The notes beneath the pieces are model-generated. The model was not told the DNA's origin. It was given only the letters and a program-made list of their open reading frames with translations, and ran no database searches. Positions 8,953-19,649 of a stretch of 64,000 nt of DNA are shown here, one piece after another. The translations under genes and the position numbers were made by a program. The DNA comes from Candidatus Obscuribacteraceae bacterium (GTDB lineage Bacteria; Cyanobacteriota; Vampirovibrionia; Obscuribacterales; Obscuribacteraceae): the NCBI GenBank assembly GCA_044229845.1, contig JBGASG010000008.1, forward strand, positions 96,001 to 160,000, read 5' to 3'. Within the stretch, counting starts at the first letter, position 1, and each line of letters opens with the position of its first letter.

Positions 8953-9738
8953 CTAGTCGCGGCTGCGCAGTTTGGCGAGCAGGCGCAAGATTTCCAGATA
9001 CAACCAGACCAGGGTCACCAGGAGTCCGAACCCGGCGTACCACTCCATATATTTGGGAGCGCGCATTGCGGCGCCTGTCTCGATGAAGTCGAAGTCGAGC
9101 ACCAGATTAAGCGCGGCAATCACAACTACAAAAAGGCTGAAGCCGATGCCAATGGGTCCACTGCTGTGGATGAACGGCACCGTGACATGGAAGAATCCAA
9201 GCACTATGCTCACCAGATAAACCAGGGCTATGCCGCCGGTAGCGGCCACAATGCCGAGTTTAAAGTTTTCGGTCGGCTTGATGACACGAGTCACATAGGC
9301 GGTGAGCAACGTTCCGAACACACCGATGGTGAGGGCGACTGCCTGGATAACAATGAATTTGTATTCGGCGTCGAAAGCACCCGAAATACCGCCCAGGAAT
9401 AGACCTTCGCAAATTGCGTAAAGCGGCGCCGTGATGGGCGAGGCTTTCTTGTTGAAAATGGTTACCAACGCCACAACAAATCCGGCGATGGCGCCGCCGA
9501 TCATCAAAAGACCAGCCAGAGCGCTGCCGGTCGCGACCAGATGCCAGGTCACTCCCGCCGCGGCCAGCAAAAGCGCCAAAAGAACGAACGACTTTGCGAC
9601 CGTCCCGTCCAACGTCATCGCGTCGCCGGAAACGATAGCGCTGCCGCCTTGCATCGGCGAAACGCCGCCGCCGCCGTCTTCTATCGCATCGCGGAACGTC
9701 TTGTCATTGAGAGCAGGATTGCCTGTACGGAAAGCCAT
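8953..9738 (-). CDS. Bax inhibitor-1/YccA family membrane protein
   Basis: NPAL, MTLDGTV, LVLDFDFIE, APKYMEWYAGFGLLVTLVWLYLEILRLL motifs. Confidence 0.92.
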   Translation of the reverse strand: MAFRTGNPALNDKTFRDAIEDGGGGVSPMQGGSAIVSGDAMTLDGTVAKSFVLLALLLAAAGVTWHLVATGSALAGLLMIGGAIAGFVVALVTIFNKKASPITAPLYAICEGLFLGGISGAFDAEYKFIVIQAVALTIGVFGTLLTAYVTRVIKPTENFKLGIVAATGGIALVYLVSIVLGFFHVTVPFIHSSGPIGIGFSLFVVVIAALNLVLDFDFIETGAAMRAPKYMEWYAGFGLLVTLVWLYLEILRLLAKLRSRD

Positions 9739-9936
9739 GGTTATTACCTCGACTTAAACTGGTGATTTGAGTATAGCAAGGAAATCTCCAATTTAACGCT
9801 CTGTTTATATTTCAGCGATTTCCAACCGACCTCGCCACCATATTCGGTGTCGTGGCAAAAGCAGAACGGGAACTCTCAGCAGCAAATCGAATTCATTTCT
9901 GGTAGAAACATAGAGGATGCGATTGGAGGGCGACAC

Positions 9937-10188
9937 ATGCGCGGCTTTTGGGGACTTTTGATAGGTAGTGTCGCTGGATTTGTCGTGGGTCAGCTGTATG
10001 CGCCCAAATCCGGCAGAGAATTGCGCCGCGAATTAATGGATGCAACCGACGAAGTCTATCGACGCGTCGCGTTCGAAATCGAAGACATTCGCACCAGCCC
10101 TGGCGGCGTTGCTGGCTTCATCGAAAGACTGACCGCAGCGGATGAGCCACGCAAGCTCGTCGATATGGAATCGGCAGCCAACCAATAA
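9937..10188 (+). CDS. YtxH-domain protein
   Basis: MRGFWGLLIGSVAG...LYAPKSGRELR signature; GGAGG before ATG at 9937. Confidence 0.75.
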   Translation: MRGFWGLLIGSVAGFVVGQLYAPKSGRELRRELMDATDEVYRRVAFEIEDIRTSPGGVAGFIERLTAADEPRKLVDMESAANQ

Positions 10189-10206
10189 GGTGGGCAACGA
10201 AATAGG

Positions 10207-11637
10207 TCAGGCGGTTACTTTGTGCACTTCGCGGGTTTCGCGGACGCGCTCGCGCACACCCTCGCCCGCCAGCATACCGCTGGTCGCCGCTTGTCCCACA
10301 CCACGCGTCCAACTACTCGAGTCGCCGATGATATAAAGGTTGGCGACGTTTGTTTCCATATTTTTGGAGACTGTAATCGAATCCGGATAGCTCTTGCATT
10401 CAGGTGCGTACAGCAGAGTCGACTCGTGCGCCACGCCCGGACAAATCTTGTCGAGCGCATCGAGGTATTCGATGATGCCCTCGAGAATGCGATGCGGATA
10501 CGCCAGCGAAATATCGCCGGGTTCAGCTTCGAGGGTCGGCTTGATCAAATTGTTGGCGAGCGATTTCGTGCGCCGTCCCGCCTTCAGATCACCGAGCCTC
10601 TGAATCAGCGGACCGCCTCCCGCCAACATGTTGACGATCTTGGCGATGTTCTGCGAATACATTTGCGGATTCTTGAAGGGTCGAGTAAACGTCTTCGACA
10701 CCAGCACCGCGAAGTTGTTGTTTTCGGACTTCTCGAACATCTTGGAGTGCCCGTTCACCAGCACGTATTCGCGGTGGTTTTCGGGCGTGACGAAACCCTT
10801 CGGGTTCGAGCAGAAATTGCGCACCACATCGTTGTGGCGACGGCTGCGGTAGTACAGCTTTGGCTCGTAAAAACGTTTGTCCACTTCTTCGGTGAAGTAG
10901 CTGCTGGTTTCCACGCGCACGCCGATATCGACTTGCCCGGGTTGCGTATCCAGCGTCTTGTAGAACTCTTGCTGCGTCAGCCAGTTGGCACCACCGCGCC
11001 CGACAGACAGGATGCAGATGTCGAAAACTTCTTCCTCTTCGACTCCGGGCTTGCGGTAGTGATCGTGCTTGATGACGAACTTGTCACCACGACGCGACAC
11101 CGACATGACCTTGGTGTCCCAGTGGAAATTGATATTCGGGCCAGCTTCTTTTATCTCACTGAGAATACTGGTGTTAATCGCAGGCGCATTGTCCGAGCCG
11201 CAATGCAGCAGTTCTTGGAAGTGATAGACCATACCGGCCATGGTGGCACGTTTCTTGATCCACTCGAGGTCATCCTCATCCGGCTTGACCACCGGAATCT
11301 CAACGGGCGAATGCTGCAGAATCATGCCTTTCAACTTATCGAGGCGCTTCTGCAACTCAGCCTCGCCAATCAAGTCATACAAGCGTCCGCCGATCACGGG
11401 CGACGCCGAGAGAATTACTTTGAAGTCGTTCCAACTGCCGGCTGATTGACCTGGTGCGCAATAGCTGCAGGCTTTCGGCGGACAAACTTCCAGTTTGCCT
11501 TGATCAATCGGGCACGCATATCTTTTTTCGTAGGTGGGTCCGACGTCGAATACGTGTACTTCAACGTTCGCTCCGGCCAATTCCTTTAAACAGAATAGTC
11601 CTGAAGCTCCGAGACCTACGAGTGCAAGCTTTTTCAA
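10207..11637 (-). CDS. NAD(P)/FAD-dependent oxidoreductase (COG2509-like)
   Basis: N-terminal GLGASG Rossmann motif, Cys cluster, VDIGVRVE, VNGHS, LYIIGDSS. Confidence 0.85.
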   Translation of the reverse strand: MKKLALVGLGASGLFCLKELAGANVEVHVFDVGPTYEKRYACPIDQGKLEVCPPKACSYCAPGQSAGSWNDFKVILSASPVIGGRLYDLIGEAELQKRLDKLKGMILQHSPVEIPVVKPDEDDLEWIKKRATMAGMVYHFQELLHCGSDNAPAINTSILSEIKEAGPNINFHWDTKVMSVSRRGDKFVIKHDHYRKPGVEEEEVFDICILSVGRGGANWLTQQEFYKTLDTQPGQVDIGVRVETSSYFTEEVDKRFYEPKLYYRSRRHNDVVRNFCSNPKGFVTPENHREYVLVNGHSKMFEKSENNNFAVLVSKTFTRPFKNPQMYSQNIAKIVNMLAGGGPLIQRLGDLKAGRRTKSLANNLIKPTLEAEPGDISLAYPHRILEGIIEYLDALDKICPGVAHESTLLYAPECKSYPDSITVSKNMETNVANLYIIGDSSSWTRGVGQAATSGMLAGEGVRERVRETREVHKVTA

Positions 11638-11784
11638 ACCACACCTTCAATGGGACTTTGCGCAATCAACAGTTACCCGCGCAAGCCCAACGTTCAATTT
11701 TACCACTTCCAGCAGTTGCAAAGACCGAAAAATCGCTAATCTTGGGCATATAACGCATGTTCTTGGCAAGGCGGTCAATCATCC

Positions 11785-12912
11785 ATGCCGAATCATCCGC
11801 AATCCAAAACACCCGAATACCAGTTCAACGACGGCAAGCTCTACGTCATGACCCGCAACGGGTTGGTCACTTACGACGGGCGCAGCGCAACAATATCTGA
11901 CGCTTTCAGTCCCAAGACCCTGCTGATTCTGGGTGTCGTCATCGGTTACATTCCGTTGCTCGTTTGTCTGAATATCGCGGCCTCGATTATCGAAAGCCGC
12001 GGAGGAATGTTCGACCTCATCTTCCTGGGGTTCATGACGCTGCTCTTCGCCGGCGGCGCCGCTCGTTTTGCCCGAACCGGGCGCCAGGTCTTGCAGACGG
12101 TTTCCTCCGCCGATCTGCCGCCCAGTGCAGACTTGAACGACCCGGCATACAAAGCTCATCTGCATGCCATATACCAGCGCGAGTCGCGCAAAAGCGCCAA
12201 TCTACCGGTGGGCATGTCGTGGATCCGCAAGCTGGTCGGCTGGCTGGTGCTCCTCGCCTTCGGAGGCATGGCTCTGGCAGGGCTGGCTTTCAGCGTCATG
12301 CATGTGATGAACGCGGTGGAAAAAGCGAAGGTCCGCGAAGAGCGCCGAGCAGAGAAGAAACTCGACCCGGCGACGCGAGAGAAGCACCTGGCGAAACTGG
12401 CGAAAGTCCCGGACCGCCCCGAGACTGCCGAGAAACGTGCCGACATCATGGAAGACCTGGGAGCAGTCAGCGTTGAGCAGGGCAATACTTCATCCGGTGC
12501 CCGGTACTACCAGGCGGCGCTGGACCTGCGCTTCGGAGAGATGGACACGATCGCCACTTCCAAAGACTTCGAAAATCTGGTCACCAAACTCGGTCACAAT
12601 GCCATCTGGCTCGTCGAAGCGCAGGTAGCGCTCGATCCGAAGACCAATTTGACGCCCCTGGAAAAACAGCTTCTGGACTCGGTGGCCGGCGGCAGTCACC
12701 GTCTCAATCTCAAGACTTACAACGAGCAGCGCGGGCTGGTGCGCCAGATCTCCAAGACTCTCAAGCGACGCGATTACAAAGACCTGACGGCATATACGCA
12801 CGATCGCATCGCGGTGCTCAATAATGCCTCGGAGGGCGAACGCCGAGCGGGACTGGAAAGCCTGCTGCACGAACTGTTCCAGACAATCGTCCAGTCAAGA
12901 AACGGCGCCTAG
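11785..12912 (+). CDS. Hypothetical membrane protein (3 TM) with a TPR-like soluble C-terminus
   Basis: 375-aa ORF with three hydrophobic segments and a helical repeat-like segment. Confidence 0.7.
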   Translation: MPNHPQSKTPEYQFNDGKLYVMTRNGLVTYDGRSATISDAFSPKTLLILGVVIGYIPLLVCLNIAASIIESRGGMFDLIFLGFMTLLFAGGAARFARTGRQVLQTVSSADLPPSADLNDPAYKAHLHAIYQRESRKSANLPVGMSWIRKLVGWLVLLAFGGMALAGLAFSVMHVMNAVEKAKVREERRAEKKLDPATREKHLAKLAKVPDRPETAEKRADIMEDLGAVSVEQGNTSSGARYYQAALDLRFGEMDTIATSKDFENLVTKLGHNAIWLVEAQVALDPKTNLTPLEKQLLDSVAGGSHRLNLKTYNEQRGLVRQISKTLKRRDYKDLTAYTHDRIAVLNNASEGERRAGLESLLHELFQTIVQSRNGA

Positions 12913-14150
12913 TTGACGAACACGATCTCGCGCGACTTATCGATGGTGGCGAGCATACCTGAGATCTGCTGCGACAGATTGAGCGTCACTTCCTCGATCA
13001 CGCCCTTCTTGTTTTTCTTGTAGTCGGCATAGCGGGTGAGCAGATCGATCGGCTCACCGATATTGATGTAGATCAGTCGCGGACCTTTGACCGAAACTTC
13101 GCCGAAGACCTCGCTTTCGAAAAGCTCAACGACGTTGGACAAACGCTCTTGCGTAGTCGGCGGCGTCAGATACCCTTCGTAGATGGCAATGAATGCCACC
13201 ACGCGATCGAGATCGCGATAGAAGCGGCGGACTTTGGACGCCTTCTCTTCCCAGATTTTCCGCTGGTACGGAGGCAAATCGTCAGTATCGCCGTAGATAA
13301 AGTCATCCATGTTGTTGCGCAAGACGCGCACCCAATCAAGATGCGAGCCTTTGGGCGGCAACTCCACATCGAGAAATTCCGCCATCGTCCGCAGTGCCTC
13401 GGTCTTGACACGACTCATGCGGTCGTTCAACGTATCCGTCTTGAGTTTCTTGCAGTTGTATTCGCTCTCCAGCGTGCTGAGCACCACTTCCGAGGCGCGG
13501 CGCACCCGCTTGTAGAGCGACGTCTCGCCGTCTTCTTCAATGCCGACGCGTCGCTCGATCTTGAACATGCACCAGGAGAGACGTTCGGTAATGTCGTGCT
13601 TGTAAGTATATTTAAGTGCCACCGGTTGAATAAAAACTGGCTCGTCCGGTTTCGTCTTATGCAATTCATCAAGCGCCCAGTAGGACAGCTGCACGGCGCC
13701 GGTTTCCAGCGGCAATAACACGTCGTTCTGGCGCGAGATTTCGCCTTCCGGAAAGAGCACCAGTTTCTTCTTGTTCTGCACAATGATGTTCTTGGTGGTT
13801 TTAAAAGATTCGCGATCGACGGCGCCGCGCACCACCGAGTAGCAGCCCAGCTGTTGAAGAAACCAGCCGTTGAGCCCGTTGTTCCAATCAAACACTTCGC
13901 GCGCAGCGATGAAGTTGAACTCCTCATCGGCCATGTCGGCGAGCCCGAACATTACCTCCGGGTCATGCCGGTATGAATGGTTGGGGCAGACAACCGTGCG
14001 TTTTCCCTTCAGTTTTTTGAAACGCTCCAGCCCGTCGCCGACGACTTTCAGTTCGGCACCGTGCAATTTGAATTTGAGGACGAGGGGGAAAACCAGTTTG
14101 GTGAAATTGATGACAAATTCGTTGTCTTCAGGGGGTCTGAAATCTAGCAC
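12909..14150 (-). CDS. 1-acyl-sn-glycerol-3-phosphate acyltransferase (PlsC-like, long form)
   Basis: NHSYRHD (HX4D), FPEG and PVALKY motifs. Confidence 0.88.
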   Translation of the reverse strand: MLDFRPPEDNEFVINFTKLVFPLVLKFKLHGAELKVVGDGLERFKKLKGKRTVVCPNHSYRHDPEVMFGLADMADEEFNFIAAREVFDWNNGLNGWFLQQLGCYSVVRGAVDRESFKTTKNIIVQNKKKLVLFPEGEISRQNDVLLPLETGAVQLSYWALDELHKTKPDEPVFIQPVALKYTYKHDITERLSWCMFKIERRVGIEEDGETSLYKRVRRASEVVLSTLESEYNCKKLKTDTLNDRMSRVKTEALRTMAEFLDVELPPKGSHLDWVRVLRNNMDDFIYGDTDDLPPYQRKIWEEKASKVRRFYRDLDRVVAFIAIYEGYLTPPTTQERLSNVVELFESEVFGEVSVKGPRLIYINIGEPIDLLTRYADYKKNKKGVIEEVTLNLSQQISGMLATIDKSREIVFVN

Positions 14151-14862
14151 TTGCTTTAACCTGCGCCATTTTTAGTCCGCGATCTTTCGCAGTACATATT
14201 ATTTGCTTGGCAGCAGCAATTGTCTGATCTCCTATCCCATAACCTTCGTGGAGGACCACAACCGTTCCGGGAGCCAGCTTCCAGAGCACTCGCCGTACCA
14301 CTCTTTCTGTACCCGGTGCGCTCCAGTCCTCAGGCGCCGCCCCCCAGTAGACCGGCGTCATACTGCGTTCTTTCAGACAATCGCCGGCCCGCTGGTCCAT
14401 AAACCCGTAGGGCGCCCGGAAAAACGTCGGCGCCTCGCCGGTGACGTCCTCGATGGCACGATTGGTCCGTTCAATTTCTTCTTCCAGCGCCGGTGTGGGC
14501 AGCGAGAGCAGCCACGGGTGCGAGTAGCTATGGTTGGCGACTGTGTGTCCCGCCTTTCTGATACTCTGCACCAGCTCCGGGTGCCTTTCAACATGGCGCC
14601 CGATCAGGAAAAACATCGCCTGGACACCGTTTTCCTCGAGCAATTCCAGAAGGCGCGGCGTGGTATGCGGGTCCGGACCGTCATCGAAGGTCAAATAGAT
14701 GGGTGCCTCCGCCGCAGGAGATACGCCGCAGTGCCCGCCCCAGAATCCGTCCGGCAAAAGATTGCGCCCGACGCCGGTCAGAAAGTCGATTTTTGCGACC
14801 GAATATCGGTCGAATGCGGTTTCGGAAAAGGTCTGCAGTTGGGCGAGCCAGTTTGTTGCCAT
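14128..14862 (-). CDS. Polysaccharide deacetylase (NodB/CE4)
   Basis: LTFDDGP, NHSYSH, FRAPYG, VVLHEG motifs. Confidence 0.92.
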   Translation of the reverse strand: MATNWLAQLQTFSETAFDRYSVAKIDFLTGVGRNLLPDGFWGGHCGVSPAAEAPIYLTFDDGPDPHTTPRLLELLEENGVQAMFFLIGRHVERHPELVQSIRKAGHTVANHSYSHPWLLSLPTPALEEEIERTNRAIEDVTGEAPTFFRAPYGFMDQRAGDCLKERSMTPVYWGAAPEDWSAPGTERVVRRVLWKLAPGTVVVLHEGYGIGDQTIAAAKQIICTAKDRGLKMAQVKASARFQTP

Positions 14863-14986
14863 ATCAATTCAAGTCGATGTCGTAGCCTCACTTAACCGTT
14901 TTAGCACAGGGCACAGTCTGCCCACAGCCCAACCGAACATTCCGGCAAGTGTACGGAGGATACGGAGGCGTGCGAAAACCGACCCT

Positions 14987-15814
14987 TTAAGGCTGGGGAG
15001 CGAGGGCTGGCGTTGACAGGTGGGTGGTCGATTGAATCAGTCGATATATGATGCGGCGGGCTTCATCGCCCGGTTCGGTGCCGCGACGGTAGGCAATGGC
15101 TTCAATGGCGCTGGCGAAGGCATAGAAGCGCTCGAGCGGCATGTGGGTGGCTCGCGGATGCGGCAGCAGACTGCGCATATAGCCGCGCAGGTTCTCGGCT
15201 TCCGGTTCTTCCAGGGGCTGAATCAGCTCCAGAAGCGGGCGCATGGACTTGAGCGAGATCAGCGCCGTCTGGTAGACGAGGACATCGTGTGCCAGGGCAC
15301 GGTGCAGCAGCACGCATTCTTTGAGCGGCGCTTCCTTGTCGCCCGGAGCCGGCTTAATAGAATCGAGAAACGGCTCGTAAGCGTCGAATTCGTACCAGAT
15401 ATGACACAAAGAATCGACAGTCCCGGCTTCCGGGAAGGCAACCGGCAACAGCCCGAATATGTACGGGCGGGCGGCGCATTTGTCCACGTCTTTGGACGCG
15501 TTGAGCATGGCTCCAGACAGGCTGGGAGTCTGGATGACCGCAGTTTCTTTGAAATTGGTCGAACGGGTGGGGGTGAAGTTGACTTCTTTGACTGCGTACT
15601 CCTGGCAGAGGAGCACATCAAAAACCTTTTCGCCTTGCAGGTAGCCAAACTCAGCGGCAGCGGCGGCTCCGGCCACAAAGTGCACCAGAACCTCAGGGAT
15701 ATTTTTGCCCCACGAAACGTTGAGTATGCCTGTCACCTTCTCCAGGTTCAGGAACTGCATCACGTTGAATAGGGTGCCTTCCCGTACGGAAGTAATGTGG
15801 AAACTAATGCCCAC
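14987..15814 (-). CDS. DUF4388 (PatA-N-like) domain protein
   Basis: N-terminal LFNVMQFLNLEKVTGILNV...VHFVAG...GEKVF pattern. Confidence 0.65.
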   Translation of the reverse strand: MGISFHITSVREGTLFNVMQFLNLEKVTGILNVSWGKNIPEVLVHFVAGAAAAAEFGYLQGEKVFDVLLCQEYAVKEVNFTPTRSTNFKETAVIQTPSLSGAMLNASKDVDKCAARPYIFGLLPVAFPEAGTVDSLCHIWYEFDAYEPFLDSIKPAPGDKEAPLKECVLLHRALAHDVLVYQTALISLKSMRPLLELIQPLEEPEAENLRGYMRSLLPHPRATHMPLERFYAFASAIEAIAYRRGTEPGDEARRIIYRLIQSTTHLSTPALAPQP

Positions 15815-15972
15815 TTACGTTGATCCCTCAACCGCGCACGTAATTAACCAGCCTGCGTGCGTTGATTAAATTATACCCAGAGGCATGCGCCATAACCGTC
15901 CACGTCGCGTGTTTGGACATTTGGGTATGCGAAATACCCGCTTGGGAACCGACCGACTCGCCGGATCATCGA

Positions 15973-17508
15973 CTAGGGGCGGGATTTGAGCGCCTTGGCC
16001 ACTTCTTTGCGATCATCGAAATCGATCGTGCGGTCTGCAAGTATCTGATAATCTTCGTGCCCTTTACCTGCCACCACCACCACATCGACCGGTCGCGCGT
16101 TGCCGACCGCCAGCGCTATTGCTGAGGCTCGATCCGGTTCGACCGTGACAACCTTCATGCGGCTGATGCCGGCCAGGATGTTGGCAATAATTTGCTGCGG
16201 ATCTTCACTCCTGGGATTATCGGAAGTGACGATCACTTCGTCGGCGTGTGTTTCGGCTATCTGGGCCATCTGGGGGCGTTTGGAAGCGTCGCGATCGCCA
16301 CCACATCCGAAGACACAGATCAGCTTGCCGCCTTGAGGAACCAGTCCAGCTGCGGTTTTCAATACATTGTCCAGTCCATCCGGGGTATGGGCGTAGTCCA
16401 CGACCACCAGCGGCTCCGCTTCCCGTCCCGATGACACCACTTCGAAGCGTCCCGCCACACCGGAAAAGTTTTCCATCGCTTCTTTGATGACAGCGAGCGG
16501 CACGCCTTCGTGCAAGCAAATGGCAGCGGCAGCCATCGTGTTGTACATGTTGAAACGTCCGGTAAGCCTGAGCCGCATATCCAGCGGTCCGGCAGGCGTA
16601 TTGAGCGAAAGTTCGGTAATGCCCTGCCAGTACTTCATCGACTTCACGTGCAGGTCGGCAGGCGCGTTCCAACCGTAGGTAAGCAACTTGACGCCGCCAT
16701 CGCCGGCGGTACCATTAGCAGCTTTGATTGTCTGGCTGAACTCGCCTACCAGCGGTTCGTCGGCATTGAGAACGGCGGCGCGATTTTTCTGATGCCCGCC
16801 GGCGATATCTTCGAAGAGCAGCCGCTTGGCGCGCCAGTAATTCTCCATGGTCTTGTGAAAGTCGAGGTGATCCTGCGTGACGTTGGTCAGACAGGCGACC
16901 GCAAAGTCGCAGCCGGCAACGCGCTTCTGCACGAGCGCATGGCTCGATACTTCCATTGAGACGTGCGTGCATGTCGCATCAGCCATCTCGCCCAACAACC
17001 GTTGCAGGTCGGAGGAGAAAGGCGTCGTGTGCTTGACGTCCGTATAACTCTCGTTGGCGGTGGAACGGGCACCGAGCGTGCCAATGAGCCCACAGCGCTG
17101 ACCGGCATGATTGAGAATGTGCTGGACCAGATGGGTGGTCGTCGTCTTGCCGTTAGTGCCGGTGACGGCAATCAGCCGCAGGCGCTGGCTGGGATTGCCG
17201 TAGAATTGAGCCGCCACCACCCCCAGTGCCAGGCGCACATCCGACACAATCACTTGCGGCACCGAAGCGTCTTCAAACGGCTTTTCGGTGATCACGACCG
17301 CAGCCCCACTGGCAACGGCATCGCGGATGAATTGATTGCCGTCGAAGTTCTGTCCAGGCATGCAGAAAAAAGCATCTCCGGAATGCACCTTTCGCGAATC
17401 GAAGGAAATTCCGGAGATTGATAGCTTAGTTTCGTCGATGCCGATATATCTCGGCTTGAGCTGGGCCAGCGAATCTGCCATAAAAACGGAAACGGGAGTT
17501 TGCGTCAT
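15973..17508 (-). CDS. murE: UDP-N-acetylmuramoyl-L-alanyl-D-glutamate--2,6-diaminopimelate ligase
   Basis: VTGTNGKTT, MEVSSH, DHLDFH, VDYAHTPD, FGCGGDRD, DNPR, AGKGHEDYQ. Confidence 0.97.
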   Translation of the reverse strand: MTQTPVSVFMADSLAQLKPRYIGIDETKLSISGISFDSRKVHSGDAFFCMPGQNFDGNQFIRDAVASGAAVVITEKPFEDASVPQVIVSDVRLALGVVAAQFYGNPSQRLRLIAVTGTNGKTTTTHLVQHILNHAGQRCGLIGTLGARSTANESYTDVKHTTPFSSDLQRLLGEMADATCTHVSMEVSSHALVQKRVAGCDFAVACLTNVTQDHLDFHKTMENYWRAKRLLFEDIAGGHQKNRAAVLNADEPLVGEFSQTIKAANGTAGDGGVKLLTYGWNAPADLHVKSMKYWQGITELSLNTPAGPLDMRLRLTGRFNMYNTMAAAAICLHEGVPLAVIKEAMENFSGVAGRFEVVSSGREAEPLVVVDYAHTPDGLDNVLKTAAGLVPQGGKLICVFGCGGDRDASKRPQMAQIAETHADEVIVTSDNPRSEDPQQIIANILAGISRMKVVTVEPDRASAIALAVGNARPVDVVVVAGKGHEDYQILADRTIDFDDRKEVAKALKSRP

Positions 17509-17798
17509 TAACCTTTGGCCGGCGCGGCAGCTGCTTCATCAGCATCGGGGAGCAGATCGATAGTAACCATCTTGTGACCGCGCGATTCGTAGAAACGCAC
17601 CAGTCCATGAGCCACGGCGTACAGCGAATCATCGCCGGCGCGACGGACGTTTGGACCCGGATGAATCTTGGTTCCGCGCTGGCGAACGATGATGCCGCCT
17701 GAGAGAACGAATTCACCGCCGTAGCGTTTCACGCCGAGACGCTTCGGGTTGGAGTCTCTGCCGTTTCTTGTAGAACCTGCGCCTTTCTTATGTGCCAT
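17508..17798 (-). CDS. rpmA: 50S ribosomal protein L27
   Basis: [24 protein letters not shown]. Confidence 0.99.
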   Translation of the reverse strand: MAHKKGAGSTRNGRDSNPKRLGVKRYGGEFVLSGGIIVRQRGTKIHPGPNVRRAGDDSLYAVAHGLVRFYESRGHKMVTIDLLPDADEAAAAPAKG

Positions 17799-17843
17799 AA
17801 GAACATCACATCCTTTGTATAAGCAGCGAACTTAGCTTTGCAG

Positions 17844-18362
17844 CTATTCGCCCTTCTTCTTAGCGGGGGCCTTTTTGTCTTTGGCTTCGCCTTTGGCGGG
17901 AGCCTTGGTTTCAGCTTTCTTAGCTGATGCCTTTTCTTCAGACTTAGGAGCGGCATCTTTCTCTTTCTTCGGAGCGGCAGGAGCCGACTCTTTGTGCGAG
18001 GTCGCCGATTTGCCTTTGTCAGTCGCTTCGCTCACGACTTTGTCGTTGAGCTTGATCGAATTGATGAAGATGCGGGTGTAACCCTGGCGGTGACCGGTGC
18101 GCTTACGAGTACCTTTCTTGGGGCGATACTTATAAACGACCAGCTTCGGTCCTTTGCCGTGCGAGATGATTTTGCCGGTTACTTTGGCGCCATCAACGAA
18201 CGGTGCACCGATAGTGGAATCCTTGCCGTTTACGATGGCGAGGACTTTGTCGAACACAAACTCTTGGTCAGGTTCAGCGGAAACCAGCTCTACGTCCACG
18301 TAACGACCGGACTCTAACTGGTATTGTCTGCCACCTGCTTCTACAACAGCGTACATAATCAC
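17844..18362 (-). CDS. rplU: 50S ribosomal protein L21 with a Lys/Ala-rich C-terminal extension
   Basis: MYAVVEAGGRQY...GHRQGYT; adjacent to rpmA. Confidence 0.97.
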   Translation of the reverse strand: MIMYAVVEAGGRQYQLESGRYVDVELVSAEPDQEFVFDKVLAIVNGKDSTIGAPFVDGAKVTGKIISHGKGPKLVVYKYRPKKGTRKRTGHRQGYTRIFINSIKLNDKVVSEATDKGKSATSHKESAPAAPKKEKDAAPKSEEKASAKKAETKAPAKGEAKDKKAPAKKKGE

Positions 18363-18658
18363 TCCGACTCAGCAATGCGGGAGGACGAAAAATCGCGCCC
18401 TCGATCAATAGGCGTCCACATATAGGACAAGCAAACGGTGATGGTACCAATTTACGTTGTCGAGGTCAAATGGGCAGGCGTTCTCGGGAGCTTTTGCCGC
18501 AATGTAAGTTACATTATAAAAACAGTAGCAAAGTCGAAGGTCGTCGAACGCCAGCCGATCCTGACAATGACAGCTAGAATTTCACTGTCGAGCCCGAAGA
18601 AAATTCGCTCGGCACAACTAAGAAAACATCGCTTGACTACCGGAATAAACGAAGCACC

Positions 18659-18841
18659 ATGGCAGCTGATGCGGTTAAAGAAGACGAATTAGGGCGCAGC
18701 AAACATGCGGCAACGCCGCGCGAGCATCTGCAGCACCTGATCAACATCGGCTGGGACCCGCGCAGCCCCTTAATCTACAAGTACGTCACGCAGCACGGAC
18801 TGCAGCGCGAACTGGAAGAACTCGTTCGGGCATTGAGATAA
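18659..18841 (+). CDS. Small hypothetical protein (60 aa)
   Basis: ATG start, globular-looking composition, fills the gap before the peroxiredoxin. Confidence 0.55.
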   Translation: MAADAVKEDELGRSKHAATPREHLQHLINIGWDPRSPLIYKYVTQHGLQRELEELVRALR

Positions 18842-18929
18842 AAACATTAAAGCTGCCTGATTGGATGCGCCGCCGGGATAGAATGCCCGGCGTAGATATT
18901 CTTTTTCTCGCTGTTTGGAGTACGTGTAG

Positions 18930-19469
18930 ATGTTGCAAGTAGGCAAGAAAGCTCCTGATTTTGATATGCCTTCGACCAAAGATATGAAAGGTCTGAAGGA
19001 AAACGTCCGCTTGGCCGATTACAAAGGCAAATGGCTGGTTCTTTTCTTCTATCCGCTGGATTTCACTTTCGTCTGCCCGACGGAAATCAAAGCCTTCAGC
19101 GACAGAATGGAAGAGTTCAAGAAAGCCGGTGCTGAAATCGTCGCAGTCTCCACAGACAGCGCATACAGCCACCGTGCATGGATCCAAACCGCTCCCGATA
19201 AGGGCGGTCTGGGCGACATCAAATACCCGCTCGCTTCCGACATCACCAAAGATGTCAGCCGCGATTACGGCGTTCTGATCGAAGACAAAGGCATCGCCCT
19301 GCGCGGTCTGTTCGTCATCGACCAAGAAGGCATCCTGCAATATCAAGTCGTGCATGCGCTCAACATCGGACGCAGCGTCGACGAAACATTGCGCGTACTG
19401 GAAGCCTTGAAACAAGGCGGACTGTGCGGAGCTGACTGGAAACCGGGCCAAAAGCCGCTCCAAGTCTAA
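18930..19469 (+). CDS. ahpC: 2-Cys peroxiredoxin (AhpC/Prx1)
   Basis: [30 protein letters not shown], resolving Cys in LCGADW. Confidence 0.93.
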   Translation: MLQVGKKAPDFDMPSTKDMKGLKENVRLADYKGKWLVLFFYPLDFTFVCPTEIKAFSDRMEEFKKAGAEIVAVSTDSAYSHRAWIQTAPDKGGLGDIKYPLASDITKDVSRDYGVLIEDKGIALRGLFVIDQEGILQYQVVHALNIGRSVDETLRVLEALKQGGLCGADWKPGQKPLQV

Positions 19470-19649
19470 GACCTCAAGTTCATACAAGGGAAAAGCGAAC
19501 ATTCGCAGAGTTTAGGCTTTGCGAATGTCGCATTTTTCGGGACATGATCTAGTTCATCCCGCGCGGGATCGCGTACAATTTCTCATCACGTTCATACGCA
19601 GGATTGAGCCCCCAGCATCTTTCCGTAAGCCGCTCCCCAGGAGGTCGTC

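Noticed and set aside
10222..11445. 407-aa plus-strand ORF, and similar long antisense ORFs at 31264-32637 and 55827-57200
   Set aside because: They lie opposite well-supported genes and reflect GC-rich codon bias.
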